Positions 33,042 to 44,330 are shown, counted from the first letter of the stretch. The stretch is DNA of 64,000 bases from Ignisphaera sp. (GCA_038821645.1 JAWBDT010000002.1:70368-134367); one strand, 5' to 3'. The notes: generated from the sequence alone by a model not told the origin. Made by a program: numbers and translations.

Positions 33042-33539
33042 TTATATCATCCTCAGGAGAAGTTCATTTATTTCTCTTCCTCTATACCCTAACTCACCAC
33101 CATCTTTATAAGGCTTCCTTATACTTCCTTTAAAACCTTTCTTGGGGGGATGCAATCTAAATACTGGTTTAATACCTTTATTCTCAAGTCGATGATATAA
33201 TACTCGTCCCTCAATTATAGCTTTTGCTAAAGCTTCTATTGATTCCAAACCTATATTTTGTTTTACGTATTCATCTGTCAAAGGTTTATTTCCTACAACT
33301 CTACCTCGTTTTCTCAGAAGTTCTATCAAGGTTTTTTCATCTATTTCTCCCCATGTTATCCAGTCCTTAACCACATTAAGCATACCTTCTATAGATGGTG
33401 TTTTTGGGTATACGACACAGCTATATTTCCTTACTAATCGTAGTAGCATTAATGTGTATTCTACATCATAGGGTACTCCAACTGTGCCACGAATTCTTAT
33501 AATTGCATACACCTTGTAAGGCTCTATGTTCACTCCCAT
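33042..33539 (-). CDS. rpl30: 50S ribosomal protein L30 (uL30)
   Basis: [21 protein letters not shown]. Confidence 0.94.
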   Translation of the reverse strand: MGVNIEPYKVYAIIRIRGTVGVPYDVEYTLMLLRLVRKYSCVVYPKTPSIEGMLNVVKDWITWGEIDEKTLIELLRKRGRVVGNKPLTDEYVKQNIGLESIEALAKAIIEGRVLYHRLENKGIKPVFRLHPPKKGFKGSIRKPYKDGGELGYRGREINELLLRMI

Positions 33540-34159
33540 ACTTTCTTACCCCAGTCAAGAGGTGTAACGAATCTATTTGTATTTCTTAGAGCTATATATG
33601 TTGCTTTAGCAAAGTTTAGGGTAGTTCTTGTTTCACCTCTAGTGAAGCACCATACATCTTTTATACCTGCTAATGACAAAAGCTTTTTAGCTATCTCACC
33701 TGCAACAAGACCCGTGCCTAGAGGTGCAGGTATAAATTCTATCTCAACGCTACCAGCTTTTCCAATAACTTTGTAAGGAACTGAATGAGGTATACTGCAT
33801 CTGCATTCCCAACTTCCGCAACCTCTTCTAACAGGTACTATATTTAATTTAGCATCTATAACAGCTTTCTCTATTGCTGCTCTAAGTTGTCGTGCCTTAC
33901 CTATGCCAAGTCCTAGATATCCATCTTCATTCCCAACAGCTACAACAACTCTGAACCTAGAAATTCTTCCAGCATCTGTCATTTTCTGTACAAGAACAAC
34001 ATCAAGTATCTCTTGCTTCAGGTTAGGAAGTAACATATCAACTATTTCAGGCTCCATAATTATTGCATTCATAGCGAATATCTGGTCTATGGATGTTATC
34101 TTACCTTCTTTCACAAGTCTTCCTATATATGTTCGAGGCATCCATGACTCAAGACTCAT
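33530..34159 (-). CDS. rps5: 30S ribosomal protein S5 (uS5)
   Basis: [17 protein letters not shown]. Confidence 0.95.
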   Translation of the reverse strand: MSLESWMPRTYIGRLVKEGKITSIDQIFAMNAIIMEPEIVDMLLPNLKQEILDVVLVQKMTDAGRISRFRVVVAVGNEDGYLGLGIGKARQLRAAIEKAVIDAKLNIVPVRRGCGSWECRCSIPHSVPYKVIGKAGSVEIEFIPAPLGTGLVAGEIAKKLLSLAGIKDVWCFTRGETRTTLNFAKATYIALRNTNRFVTPLDWGKKVWE

Positions 34160-34812
34160 AATCTAACACCTATTGTAAGTTGTTTAATTAAATCTTTTGC
34201 TATGCTTGATTCTTGTACATGGTTGTAAATGTATATAATTTTGTTGCGAACAACTTCAAAGTGTGTTATCAATTCTCTTGGATCTAAACCATTTCTCAAG
34301 ATAGTGCTGAACTGTCTCTGAAACTTTTCTGGCGATGTTTCGCTAAGCATCTTAGCATAATCTGCTATAACTTTACCAGTGATTCTATCCTCTGATGGTA
34401 AAACCTCTTCTGAGCAATTTATCATGATACCAGCATCTTTTATACCTTTTATTGTGGCAAACATTTTAGAACCTTTTACGGGTCTATGAAGACCTATGTC
34501 AGGTATAGCATGATCTATACCAAGTTTTTTGGCTCTTAGTCCTGCTAAAAGTCCTGTTAGATATGCAGCCGGAGTATTCTTTGTACCAGCTTTCCATCCA
34601 AACAATTTAACAAGTTCATAACTATGAGCTGAAGTGATCGTATAATCACCTATAGGTGTAGGATAAACAAACTGTACAATTATATACTTATTTGTTTTCC
34701 TTATAACTGCTCTAATCTTCTTGTTTTTAATCATTTCGTAACGTTTATGGTAGTTAGTTTTACCTTCCCTCCTTCTTCTCTTTGAAACTTTGTAATTAGC
34801 TCCTCTGGCCAT
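34156..34812 (-). CDS. rpl18: 50S ribosomal protein L18 (uL18)
   Basis: [19 protein letters not shown]. Confidence 0.95.
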   Translation of the reverse strand: MARGANYKVSKRRRREGKTNYHKRYEMIKNKKIRAVIRKTNKYIIVQFVYPTPIGDYTITSAHSYELVKLFGWKAGTKNTPAAYLTGLLAGLRAKKLGIDHAIPDIGLHRPVKGSKMFATIKGIKDAGIMINCSEEVLPSEDRITGKVIADYAKMLSETSPEKFQRQFSTILRNGLDPRELITHFEVVRNKIIYIYNHVQESSIAKDLIKQLTIGVRL

Positions 34813-34833
34813 AGTCTAATACACCTTAAGTTA

Positions 34834-35292
34834 TTACTTAAAGTTCTGTGGAAGGAGACCATGATCTTTCATGTACCTCTTAAGAGAAGACAAACTATCG
34901 AATGTGCCACCTTTGGCCTTTCTATAAAGTATTCTATAGGTTCTACTATCTATGATATTATTGTTTCTTAACCATTTCAGAAATGCTCTTATCTTTCTGA
35001 TCCTATAGACCCATTTATATTTATGATCAGTTCTAGCCCCAGCTTTTCCTTTTCTTCTACCTGCTCCTCTATGTCTTCCCTCTTTTCTAGCTTCGTGAAA
35101 TATCTTCCACCTACCTCTGCTATTTCTCCTAGGGAGTTCAATGTATATAATGCCATCCTTAATAAGTCTTCTTATATCATCCTTTGTCGTGGCATTCACT
35201 ACCTTATCTATTTGCTCCATGTTGAAGGCTATTCGAGATTCACCAACACCTAGAATTTCTGCAGCCAATCTTCGTTGATAGCTCAGATCCAT
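34834..35292 (-). CDS. rpl19e: 50S ribosomal protein L19e
   Basis: QRRLAAEILGVGESRI, GRHRGAGRRKG, KAKGG. Confidence 0.95.
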   Translation of the reverse strand: MDLSYQRRLAAEILGVGESRIAFNMEQIDKVVNATTKDDIRRLIKDGIIYIELPRRNSRGRWKIFHEARKEGRHRGAGRRKGKAGARTDHKYKWVYRIRKIRAFLKWLRNNNIIDSRTYRILYRKAKGGTFDSLSSLKRYMKDHGLLPQNFK

Positions 35293-35301
35293 GAGACACA
35301 C

Positions 35302-35742
35302 CTAGGCATTTGCTATTTTAAATCCTCTGGATTTAGCTACCGAGATAATTTCTAGTCTCTTTTTTAAGCTTACAGATGATGCTATGTATATTATATGTTT
35401 TTTTGGATCTAGGTTGAGGAGAGCTTTAGAATTGCTCACTATTATGGGTTCTAGGCCTGATGGGTGAATATGCCTAAAATCTAGTGGTGTACCATATCCG
35501 GATTTAACTACTGGTGGATATCCCTTTAATGAAAGTCTCATTGGATTGTCCTTACCACGCGGTTTCTTCCACTTTAGGTTATTCTCAAATTTCTTAAACT
35601 TCCACCATATGTTCCGTAGAAATATGGGTCTACTACTTCTAATGTTTATAGCTTTCTTAATGTGCTTTCTTCTAGCTCTCAACTGCTTCAATATGTTTTT
35701 TCTCTTCTCGAGAATGTCTTCTATACTTGTTTCAGCATTCAT
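35302..35742 (-). CDS. rpl32e: 50S ribosomal protein L32e
   Basis: KWKKPRGKDN, GYGTP, HPSG. Confidence 0.93.
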   Translation of the reverse strand: MNAETSIEDILEKRKNILKQLRARRKHIKKAINIRSSRPIFLRNIWWKFKKFENNLKWKKPRGKDNPMRLSLKGYPPVVKSGYGTPLDFRHIHPSGLEPIIVSNSKALLNLDPKKHIIYIASSVSLKKRLEIISVAKSRGFKIANA

Positions 35743-36287
35743 TCTGCAACACCCTTTTCATATATGTAAATACCATCAATAAAAATCCTTCTATCCTTAT
35801 CCTTAATACGTGTGGCAAGTTCTATGTTTGCAGCTGTTTGTGAAACTTTCTCGATATCTAGTCCTTCAACTATAATATCTTTACCATCAACTTTGACTTT
35901 AACACCCTCTAGTATTTTGGCTCTTCTAGGGCTTCTCTCACCAAGAAAGTTTTCAATTATAACTTCGTTGCCAGAAACTTTAACTGTAGCTGGAAAGTGA
36001 GAAGTAACGATCTTTAATTTGTAGCGCCAACCCTTTGTAACACCTATGATCATGTTCTCTATATGAGATACTATAGAATATAAAAGAGCTTTTCTCCTAC
36101 TATTGGCAAAAAAGGTCTCAAGAACAATTTTGTTTTCTTCAATTCTTATAATAATACCATGTGCATACCTGAAGTCACGTTCAATAGAGCCTTTAGGTCC
36201 TGAGATCCTCACTTTTTTATCATTTATCTCAACCTTTACATTATCAGGAATAGTTATTTTTTCACAAAGATGTACAACCTTGGTCAT
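35739..36287 (-). CDS. rpl6: 50S ribosomal protein L6 (uL6)
   Basis: GPKG, HFP, NFLGER, DRRIFIDGIYI; start taken at MTKVVH. Confidence 0.95.
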   Translation of the reverse strand: MTKVVHLCEKITIPDNVKVEINDKKVRISGPKGSIERDFRYAHGIIIRIEENKIVLETFFANSRRKALLYSIVSHIENMIIGVTKGWRYKLKIVTSHFPATVKVSGNEVIIENFLGERSPRRAKILEGVKVKVDGKDIIVEGLDIEKVSQTAANIELATRIKDKDRRIFIDGIYIYEKGVAE

Positions 36288-36330
36288 ACTATTCGCCTCA
36301 ATATCATACACAATATCTTACATATCTTAC

Positions 36331-36732
36331 TCAGTATACATATGCAAGTAATACTCCTCCTACTTTCTGCTCTATTGCTTCTCTATGAGATATAACTCCT
36401 TGTGATGTCGAGATTATAAGTATACCGATATCTCTTGAAGGTAGGTATTTTTGCAACCATTGAGGCATCTCCATCAATTCTCTATATTTAACAGACCATC
36501 TAGGTTTAATCGCACCAGCTTTATTTATTCTACCTAGTAACTGAACAACTATTTTGCCCCATCTACCGTCGTCAACATATTCAAATTCACCGATATAACC
36601 ATATTTCTGCATAACCCTTAACACACGTATTATGAGTTTTGAAGCGGGCCATATGATAGCCTCGCTTTTCCTTCTCATTTCAGCATTTACTAGTGTTGTA
36701 AGGGCGTTTGCAAGAGTATCGAGTACAACCAT
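36331..36732 (-). CDS. rps8: 30S ribosomal protein S8 (uS8)
   Basis: [29 protein letters not shown]. Confidence 0.95.
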   Translation of the reverse strand: MVVLDTLANALTTLVNAEMRRKSEAIIWPASKLIIRVLRVMQKYGYIGEFEYVDDGRWGKIVVQLLGRINKAGAIKPRWSVKYRELMEMPQWLQKYLPSRDIGILIISTSQGVISHREAIEQKVGGVLLAYVY

Positions 36733-36750
36733 ATTGTTTCGCCTCAAACA

Positions 36751-36915
36751 TTAATTGTATTTCCTAAATCCTATAGCTAGAGCTACTTCTCTAAAACATT
36801 GTCGACACAAATATATGTTGTACTTTTGTATAACTGCATCGCTATTACCACAACGTCTACAGACCTGGACACCTCTACCATATCTTCTTTCAGCTTTGGG
36901 TCTAAACTTACCCAT
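36751..36915 (-). CDS. rps14: 30S ribosomal protein S14 (uS14), not in the ORF track
   Basis: Manual translation MGKFRPKAERRYGRGVQVCRRCGNSDAVIQKYNIYLCRQCFREVALAIGFRKYN*; lies between L5 and S8. Confidence 0.96.
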   Translation of the reverse strand: MGKFRPKAERRYGRGVQVCRRCGNSDAVIQKYNIYLCRQCFREVALAIGFRKYN

Positions 36916-36924
36916 GAGCATCAC

Positions 36925-37563
36925 CTAAGCTTTAGGTATCTTTACACCAAATAAAAGTTCCATAAGAAGCATCCCTTCTTCTTTTGTTACTCTATGTCTT
37001 CTAGGTATACTTCCTTTCTTCACTCTTCTTCGAGCAACTCTATAACCTTTTCGTTCAATTGTAACTGCTACATCCATACCAAATATACCTATGTTTGGAT
37101 CGTATCTTGAACCAGGAAGCAGTAGATGTTCTTTTATCCCAAACGCAACATTTCCGTAAGGATCAAAACTTTTCTCGCTAAGTGTATTATTTACTGCTAT
37201 AAGTGCATCACGTAAGAATCTATAGGCATCAGATCCTCGTAGGGTTACTACTGCAGCTATAGGCTGTTTCTTACTTATGCCAAAACTCTTTATTGTTTTC
37301 TTTGCCCTCCTTATGCTTGGCTTTCTATTGGTTAATCGTTCCAATAATATAACGGCTTTATCCAATCTTTCTTGGATAGCTCCTACCGATATATTTATAG
37401 TGACTTTAGATATAAAGGGGATCAGCATAGGATTCCTTTGCCATTTCTTAAGTATGTTATCAACTATTTCATCTGATAGAATTGTACTTTTAAATGATTG
37501 TGGCAATATCTTAGGGTATATAGAACTACTACCTATACCAACTTCCATGGACATAGATTTCAC
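36925..37563 (-). CDS. rpl5: 50S ribosomal protein L5 (uL5), N-terminally extended
   Basis: NPM, VTLRG, FGIKEH, YDPNIGIFGMDV. Confidence 0.95.
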   Translation of the reverse strand: MKSMSMEVGIGSSSIYPKILPQSFKSTILSDEIVDNILKKWQRNPMLIPFISKVTINISVGAIQERLDKAVILLERLTNRKPSIRRAKKTIKSFGISKKQPIAAVVTLRGSDAYRFLRDALIAVNNTLSEKSFDPYGNVAFGIKEHLLLPGSRYDPNIGIFGMDVAVTIERKGYRVARRRVKKGSIPRRHRVTKEEGMLLMELLFGVKIPKA

Positions 37564-38309
37564 TCTTCATAAAGTTTTATTAAGGGTCTCTCTTCACCTA
37601 TAACCATCACATAATCCAGAATTGTTTGAAATCTATGACCAGATAAATCTTCGAGAGTTATTAGTGCATGTTTTCGTTTCATTCCGGCTCTTTCATTTAT
37701 GCTTATTATCTTGCCTATTCGTCCAACATTTCTTCCATCTATAACTATGGCGAATTTATTAACTTCTAGAGGTATGTGTTTTATTATTGTTTGTGAAGGT
37801 ATTTCTATGAGTAAGGTATCATATGTTTTATAATTAATTGATTCACTTTGGGACCGCTTAACAATGATGTTTCTGCCATCATGTAAATTAAGCTGTATGT
37901 TACCTCCCTTAACAAGAGTTTTATTTTCTATACGTACAAGTTTCAACCTTTCTTCTTCTTCTGGTATATTCACATACCATAAGTATTTTGCTGGATAGGG
38001 TATAATCCTTATGCTTATGTTAGCTACAGGAATTTTAACAACATCCATAAGACCTACGGGAAACTTATAGTCTCTTTTTACAATACCATCTACATAAACA
38101 TTTCCATCAAATATTATTCGCTTGGATTCCCTAGCGTTTTCAGCTATTTTAAGAATATCTCTAATTAATATTAGTAGTGGTATACATCTATTCATGGGAT
38201 GAGGGCCGGGATTTGGCTTGACGACCCATACATATTCCTTTCTTAAAATAGGCCAAAAGGAGGGTGCAGCTAGACTCTTGAGGTGATGCGACATTCCTTT
38301 CTTTGCCAT
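37560..38309 (-). CDS. rps4e: 30S ribosomal protein S4e
   Basis: HLKSLAAP, PGPH, FPVGLMDV, NLHDG. Confidence 0.95.
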   Translation of the reverse strand: MAKKGMSHHLKSLAAPSFWPILRKEYVWVVKPNPGPHPMNRCIPLLILIRDILKIAENARESKRIIFDGNVYVDGIVKRDYKFPVGLMDVVKIPVANISIRIIPYPAKYLWYVNIPEEEERLKLVRIENKTLVKGGNIQLNLHDGRNIIVKRSQSESINYKTYDTLLIEIPSQTIIKHIPLEVNKFAIVIDGRNVGRIGKIISINERAGMKRKHALITLEDLSGHRFQTILDYVMVIGEERPLIKLYEE

Positions 38310-38328
38310 ATATCTTCACCCACACCTA

Positions 38329-38763
38329 CTACTTTTTACCCTCAGATAGAGGCTTTGCTTTACCTACTTCAATAAGTTTATTTCGTGCCTCAGCTCTTCT
38401 CTCAATGATTCTTCGGCGAACATCGTCTACTTCACCAAGCTTTATTATCATAACTTTTGATGGACTTATCGGATAGAAAACATCAGTACCATCTGATTTC
38501 TTTATTGTCACTCCTTCAACATATACTTTAGCTATCTTTAAGTCTACATTAACAACTTTGCCTTCATGTCCTTTCCAATCGCCACGCATAATTCTTACGG
38601 TATCACCTTTACGCACAATTAGACGCTTTATCCCCAATTCTTTTCGAAGTTCAGGTGATAATGGAGCATTTAATAAATGCCATCTCAGATGAAGTGGTAA
38701 ATTGTATAACGCTTTTCTTTGTTTTCTAGGTTGTTTACTAGAGGAAGAAACCATTAAATTCAC
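38329..38763 (-). CDS. rpl24: 50S ribosomal protein L24 (uL24)
   Basis: [21 protein letters not shown]. Confidence 0.95.
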   Translation of the reverse strand: MNLMVSSSSKQPRKQRKALYNLPLHLRWHLLNAPLSPELRKELGIKRLIVRKGDTVRIMRGDWKGHEGKVVNVDLKIAKVYVEGVTIKKSDGTDVFYPISPSKVMIIKLGEVDDVRRRIIERRAEARNKLIEVGKAKPLSEGKK

Positions 38764-38767
38764 CTTT

Positions 38768-39193
38768 TCAAATAACCATAGATACCAAGTTAGCTATCTG
38801 AGTCCAACGTTCTACAGCTTCTTTTGCTACAGGACCTCTTACTTCCTTACCTTTGGGTTGTCCATCAGGTGTCACTATAACACATGCATTATCTTCAAAT
38901 GCAATCCATGTACCATCAGGTCTTCTAAACGGCTTTTTCTGTCTAACGATTATGCCTCTAAATATCTGTCCAACCATATCTGGTTTCCCTTTTTTAACAG
39001 TTACTGTAACCATGTCGCCCACTGTTGCAAAGGGTATTCTTCTTAATCTTGTTTTAACGTCTATAACACCTATTACCATAACTTCTTTGGCTCCACTATT
39101 ATCAGCAACATTAAGCCTAGTACCTATGGTTATACCTGCAACTCTTCTCCTTCTTGGTGTTGCTGCGCCTAGTTTAGCTCTTTTTACAGCCAT
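38768..39193 (-). CDS. rpl14: 50S ribosomal protein L14 (uL14)
   Basis: ADNSGAK, FEDNA, GPVAKE. Confidence 0.96.
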   Translation of the reverse strand: MAVKRAKLGAATPRRRRVAGITIGTRLNVADNSGAKEVMVIGVIDVKTRLRRIPFATVGDMVTVTVKKGKPDMVGQIFRGIIVRQKKPFRRPDGTWIAFEDNACVIVTPDGQPKGKEVRGPVAKEAVERWTQIANLVSMVI

Positions 39194-39202
39194 AAATCAC
39201 AC

Positions 39203-39571
39203 CTATTGGACAATTTCAACTGAGTGTTTAAGAACACCCAGAACAACGAATGCAACGCTTTTGGCTAAAGGACGTGTTTCCCCAATGAGAACTATATCTC
39301 CCTCTCTTACAGAAATACAAGGTGGACAATGAGCATGTATTTTGCTTCTCCTTTTTTCATAACGTCTATACTTCCTAATCCATACAGTATATTCTCGTTC
39401 AACAGTTACAGTACTTTTCATTCTAGTTTTAACAATCTTTCCAACTATGAGCATTCCTCTAACTTTTATATGTCCGTGCCAGGGACATTTTAGATCATTA
39501 CAAGACTTTTCAGGAGGTTTTAGCCCTGGATACACAATACCTATGTTTCTAGCTTTTACTGGTTGGCTCAT
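39203..39571 (-). CDS. rps17: 30S ribosomal protein S17 (uS17)
   Basis: CPWHG, RYEKRRS, ETRPLAK. Confidence 0.95.
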   Translation of the reverse strand: MSQPVKARNIGIVYPGLKPPEKSCNDLKCPWHGHIKVRGMLIVGKIVKTRMKSTVTVEREYTVWIRKYRRYEKRRSKIHAHCPPCISVREGDIVLIGETRPLAKSVAFVVLGVLKHSVEIVQ

Positions 39572-39599
39572 GATTGGAGCACCTTTAGCTTATAGCATC

Positions 39600-39881
39600 T
39601 TACTTTCCCATCTTTTTAAGCCTATCCTCTGGTCTACCGTATAAAAGTGTACCATCTATTGTTACCCATACATTAGAAGGTAGAAAGAACTGGAACACCC
39701 CATAGTGTTTTGGTATCCTTACTAACTTTCTAGATTTTGTATCTACAATGACTATAGTATTTAATGTTTCGTCTACTATCAAGCCCCTTCTACCTACAAG
39801 TGTGGGGTCAGAATGGGATAACACTTCAACAAATAACCCTATTAATTCATGATAAACTATGTTATTTTTGTTGAGTCTCAA
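39600..39881 (-). CDS. rnp1: Ribonuclease P protein component 1 (Rpp29)
   Basis: HELIGL, GLIVDET.N, GRPEDRLK. Confidence 0.92.
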   Translation of the reverse strand: MRLNKNNIVYHELIGLFVEVLSHSDPTLVGRRGLIVDETLNTIVIVDTKSRKLVRIPKHYGVFQFFLPSNVWVTIDGTLLYGRPEDRLKKMGK

Positions 39882-40095
39882 TTGTTTTCCCTATATGCTT
39901 CTCTTCATTTATTACTGTCAATATTCTAGCAATATTCTTTCTAATAATTCTAATTCTAGCAGTATTCGTTAATATTCCTGCCCGAGCCTGCGAGTACAAC
40001 CTTATCAATTCCTTTCTTAGTTCATTTAATAAGTTTATTCTTTCTTCAACACTCATTGAACGTATCTCTTTGGCTTTCAACGGTTTGTTACTCAT
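39862..40095 (-). CDS. rpl29: 50S ribosomal protein L29 (uL29)
   Basis: EIRSMS, RKNIARILT. Confidence 0.93.
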   Translation of the reverse strand: MSNKPLKAKEIRSMSVEERINLLNELRKELIRLYSQARAGILTNTARIRIIRKNIARILTVINEEKHIGKTIETQQK

Positions 40096-40730
40096 TCTCT
40101 TCCACCACTATCAACTTTACTTTTGCTTGCTTGTTCTGGTGAAATAATCTCTACATGATCAATTGTTGTACCTGGCTTTGTTATTAGAACCTCAACACCG
40201 AATATTCCAGGTTTTAGAAGAACATGAGCTACAGCTCTATCAACAAGGAATAGACTTTGTTCACCAGACTTATAGACCTTACCAGCTTTGATCTTCTCGT
40301 ATCTTGCTCTTTCAGCTACAAGTTTACCGCTAATAACTATTTCACAACCAAGTGCACCAGCCCCCATAATCCTCCTAACAGCAACAAAAGCTGCTCTTCT
40401 AAAGTGTATTCCTCTCTCTAAAGCTAATGCGATATTAAATGCAACTACACGTGCGTTTAAGTCAGGATCGCTTACCTCAACAACTGTTATCTGGGGACTC
40501 TCTATATGGAATATCTGTTCAAGAACTGCTTGAATAATTCTTAAATTCTGTCCACGTCTACCTATTATGAGTCCAGGACGTGCGGCATATATTATCACAC
40601 GTGTGCCTAAAGGTGTCCTAATAACATCGACACCGGCATATCCTGCACGCCAAAACTTGCTAGCAAGATACTCATCTACACCAACTTTCTTAAGTCCTTG
40701 TTCAATAAAATATCTTTTGATGTTGACCAT
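40092..40730 (-). CDS. rps3: 30S ribosomal protein S3 (uS3)
   Basis: AGYAG, RPGLIIGRRG, ISGKL. Confidence 0.95.
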   Translation of the reverse strand: MVNIKRYFIEQGLKKVGVDEYLASKFWRAGYAGVDVIRTPLGTRVIIYAARPGLIIGRRGQNLRIIQAVLEQIFHIESPQITVVEVSDPDLNARVVAFNIALALERGIHFRRAAFVAVRRIMGAGALGCEIVISGKLVAERARYEKIKAGKVYKSGEQSLFLVDRAVAHVLLKPGIFGVEVLITKPGTTIDHVEIISPEQASKSKVDSGGRE

Positions 40731-40736
40731 ATAGGT

Positions 40737-41222
40737 TTACACCTCTGCTACCATAACTTCTATGGATGTATGTGTTTTGAACCAAGGTGTTGCTCTACCA
40801 AATGCACGAGGAGTCCATCTCTTTAAATAGTAACCCTTATGAGCCGCTATATGAACTATTTTTAATTTTGATGTATCAAGACCTTTTACATTAGCATTAT
40901 TCTCTACATTATCTAAAAGCTTCAGTATGTATTTGCATACTTTAACAGGATATCTACCTATAGGAGATCTCCATTTCTTCCAACGATCGGCTAGACCTCG
41001 TTTGTGTGCAATACTCAGTTTATACCTCACATATGGTATAGGCTCCTTTAATTCAATAACTCTTCTGAGTAAATCTTTAGCTTCACTTAACATCATACCA
41101 CGAATGATCTTGCACACCTCATATGCTTCCTTAAACGATATGGGAGCATCTCTAATGACAGCCTTGGCTACCTTACTCTCATCTACTATATTGCTTACCC
41201 GTGGATATCGCCATACAGGCAT
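40737..41222 (-). CDS. rpl22: 50S ribosomal protein L22 (uL22)
   Basis: GRYPVK, NNA..KGLD, PRAFGRA. Confidence 0.95.
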   Translation of the reverse strand: MPVWRYPRVSNIVDESKVAKAVIRDAPISFKEAYEVCKIIRGMMLSEAKDLLRRVIELKEPIPYVRYKLSIAHKRGLADRWKKWRSPIGRYPVKVCKYILKLLDNVENNANVKGLDTSKLKIVHIAAHKGYYLKRWTPRAFGRATPWFKTHTSIEVMVAEV

Positions 41223-41459
41223 TTAGTTGTATCACCAGGTATTGTCCTATTATGAGCATCATTATTTAGTATGCGATAAAATTCACTGAAAACCTACTTA
41301 ATAAGTCTTTTGAACCTTGTCATAATAGAGTCTGGTATTAAACTAAGAGACTAAAAACTCAACATATTACAAAACTTGTTATTGGGGAACATCTCTAGAA
41401 TTATCATTTAACGTTTTATATTCCTTTCATCAACACTAATAATGATATAGTGGTAAGTT

Positions 41460-42701
41460 ATGTTTTCACTAGTTTGGAGCTTACCCACCACAATAATAGT
41501 GTTATCGTTTTTGTATGGTCTGACTACTGTTTATAGTGCTATAAAGGATCTCAAAAAAACTACGTGGATTGATATAGAGGTAAATGATGATGTCTCTAAT
41601 ACACCTCATGTGGCTATAGTGATTCCTCTTTATAGAGAAGATAAAGAATCTATAGAAGAGACCTTCAGAAGTATTCTGAATCAAAGATACCCTCTTAACA
41701 AAATAACTGTTTACGTAATTCTTGAAAATGGTGATGATCAAACTAAGAACTATGTTGATGAAATATATAGAGTGTTCACAGAAATGGGGATAGCGATTCA
41801 TATTCACATAAATGATGGTAATAGAGTAGGCAAGGCGAAAGCTATGAATGGCGTGTTGAATAAAATAATTGACGAAAAACATAGTGTTGTGATTGTGCTT
41901 GATGCTGGAGATAGAATTAGCGATAGCTACTACATATATAAATGTATTGAGTTATTGAAGAGAGGTTACAAGATAGTAGGGACAAAAGTCTATAGAGTAG
42001 GTAATGGAATTATAGCTAAACTCTCATACATAGATACAATTCTATGGTACAACATAAGTTTTCCAGGTATACACAGTATAACAAAGGTTCCATTTTTAAG
42101 TGGTGAAGGCTTAGCAATATCTATGGATTTTCTAAAGGATGTGGGCGGATTTCCTGAAGTATTAGCAGAAGATGCTTATATAGCAATGTTGAGTTTTATA
42201 AAGAGTGAAAAAGTTGCATTCTTAAATAGTGTAGTGTTGGAGGGTGCTCCATCAACTCTTGGAAGTCTCGTTAAACAGAGGTTGAGGTGGTATAGAGGAG
42301 GAATAGAATGTTTAAAGGAATTCGTATTGAAGTACTACAAAAATGTTAATAAAGGGAAAGCTGTAGCTATAATCATCGCATATTTACAGATTGTAGCTTT
42401 AACAGCCCCATTTATTTCATTGATAGTGATCTTAATGTCAGTATTCGTTAAGGTACCGTATCCAGTACAATTACTTGCTAAAATAGAACTCATATCACTA
42501 CTTGTATCTCCAATATTTCTATACATTACGAATAAGGTTAAAGATCCAGTAATATTCTTAGCTCCTTTTAGTTGGATTCTTCAAAGCATGTTAGCTCTCG
42601 TATCATTACTACCTGTAAAAATTTCATGGCTAAAAACATCAGCACGTAGCAAGGTTTACGTAAATTCTATGGATTATAGTATTAAGCCCGTTGGTCTATA
42701 A
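41460..42701 (+). CDS. GT2-family membrane glycosyltransferase (cellulose-synthase-like)
   Basis: IPLYRE, GKAKAMN, LDAGD, LAED, QRLRW; N- and C-terminal TM helices. Confidence 0.88.
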   Translation: MFSLVWSLPTTIIVLSFLYGLTTVYSAIKDLKKTTWIDIEVNDDVSNTPHVAIVIPLYREDKESIEETFRSILNQRYPLNKITVYVILENGDDQTKNYVDEIYRVFTEMGIAIHIHINDGNRVGKAKAMNGVLNKIIDEKHSVVIVLDAGDRISDSYYIYKCIELLKRGYKIVGTKVYRVGNGIIAKLSYIDTILWYNISFPGIHSITKVPFLSGEGLAISMDFLKDVGGFPEVLAEDAYIAMLSFIKSEKVAFLNSVVLEGAPSTLGSLVKQRLRWYRGGIECLKEFVLKYYKNVNKGKAVAIIIAYLQIVALTAPFISLIVILMSVFVKVPYPVQLLAKIELISLLVSPIFLYITNKVKDPVIFLAPFSWILQSMLALVSLLPVKISWLKTSARSKVYVNSMDYSIKPVGL

Positions 42702-42744
42702 AGGATTTATACCTCAACCTTCACAGTCTAGGTAGGTGAACACT

Positions 42745-42975
42745 ATGGCAAAAGTCTCTGTAAACAAAGAGTTATGCATAGCTTGTGGCGTATGTTGGGC
42801 TCTAGTACCAGATGTGTTTGAGTTAGATCCACCTACAGGGAAAACTAAAATAAAATCTCCATATCTAACCAAAGATAGTGAAAGTATGAGCGAAGGAAGT
42901 ATACCAGACAATATGGTTGAAACGGTAAAAAATGCTGCAAGTTCTTGTCCTACAGGAGCAATATCTGTAGAGTAG
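42745..42975 (+). CDS. Monocluster 4Fe-4S ferredoxin
   Basis: CIACGVC...CPTGAI; AGGTGA RBS before ATG 42745. Confidence 0.92.
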   Translation: MAKVSVNKELCIACGVCWALVPDVFELDPPTGKTKIKSPYLTKDSESMSEGSIPDNMVETVKNAASSCPTGAISVE

Positions 42976-43010
42976 AATATAAATTATCTGTAATCTATGT
43001 ACAGTAGTCT

Positions 43011-44330
43011 TCAGCAGTCAATAATTTTTATTCTGCCTGCATATTTATCAATATCATAAATAATTTCTTTCTCCCTGAGTGAGATGATGTATTGAGCAAT
43101 CTTCTCTTGATCAATCCAATCACCATAAGCTCTTCCTTCACCAACCAACTTAAATAGATAACGTCTTATATTTTCATTAATAGACTTAAACCTCATTGAA
43201 GAGAAAGGTGTACCAGGTAAAGGAATGAATGTATGTAGATGTATACGTGTTTTATATTTCTTCAACTTGTTTATTAGATTAATTGTTTCGATAATGTCAT
43301 CATCGTCTTCGAATTCAAAGCCGAGAATAAGATCAACATCAACCTCAAAACCATTTCTCGTGAGAATATCAACAGCATTAACTATTGTGTCAACATCATG
43401 TCTTCTGTGAATCTTGTGTAAAACTTTTTTAGAGCCACTTTGTCCTCCAATAATTATTCTCTTATTATCTACAAGTTTTCTAATACATTTCACTATATCT
43501 TCTTCAACAGAATCAGGTCTTACCTCGCTAGGAAATGTTCCAAAAAATATCCTACCACCATACGAATTACTTTGTTCCCTTAGTTTCTGCAATAGTTCTA
43601 ACAATTTATCTGGAGCTGGTTTTATTCCGTCATTACTCCCATAACCAAACGAATTAGGAGCAATAAACCTCAAGTCCTTTAATCCTCTTTCCATCATTAT
43701 CTTTGAATAATATAGGATATTTTCTATGCTTCGATATCGGGGTGGCCCAAACATATAACTAACTTGACAAAAGTAACAAGAAGCACTACATCCACGCATT
43801 ATCTCTATAGGATTAAATAGATTACGCCAATATGGAAATGGAGGATAAGCATCAAGATTTATGAAGGGTCGCCTTCTTATCACTAATGTATCATCTTCTA
43901 TGTAGGCCGTTCCACATACTTTTGGATCTTCATTATTATTTATAGCTTCAAGAATATCAATTAAGGTGGCTTCTCCTTCGCCATAGACAACTAAATCGAA
44001 TCCAAGCTTGGTTAAGGTACCTAGAGGATCTCCAGAGGCATGGGGTCCTCCAGCAATATATAGTGCATTAGGTAAGATCTGTTTTATGGACACCAAGATC
44101 CGAAGGATGACATCTATCTGATGAGTCATGAATGTAAATCCAACAACGATTTTATGGCATTTTCTCTTTATATTTAAGACATCTTCTAGAATACCATAAC
44201 CTTTATCGAATCTTAATAAATACACCTTAGCTGAACTGTAGTAAGTTTCTACGGCAGCTGTCAATACATTAACAGTATATTTGTTACTTTTTCCATATAG
44301 TATAGCTAAACATACATCATACATATGCAT
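43011..44330 (-). CDS. B12-binding domain radical SAM protein (TIGR04013-like)
   Basis: AGGPHAS, GEGE, RGCSASCYFCQ, FFGTFPSEVRPD. Confidence 0.88.
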   Translation of the reverse strand: MHMYDVCLAILYGKSNKYTVNVLTAAVETYYSSAKVYLLRFDKGYGILEDVLNIKRKCHKIVVGFTFMTHQIDVILRILVSIKQILPNALYIAGGPHASGDPLGTLTKLGFDLVVYGEGEATLIDILEAINNNEDPKVCGTAYIEDDTLVIRRRPFINLDAYPPFPYWRNLFNPIEIMRGCSASCYFCQVSYMFGPPRYRSIENILYYSKIMMERGLKDLRFIAPNSFGYGSNDGIKPAPDKLLELLQKLREQSNSYGGRIFFGTFPSEVRPDSVEEDIVKCIRKLVDNKRIIIGGQSGSKKVLHKIHRRHDVDTIVNAVDILTRNGFEVDVDLILGFEFEDDDDIIETINLINKLKKYKTRIHLHTFIPLPGTPFSSMRFKSINENIRRYLFKLVGEGRAYGDWIDQEKIAQYIISLREKEIIYDIDKYAGRIKIIDC

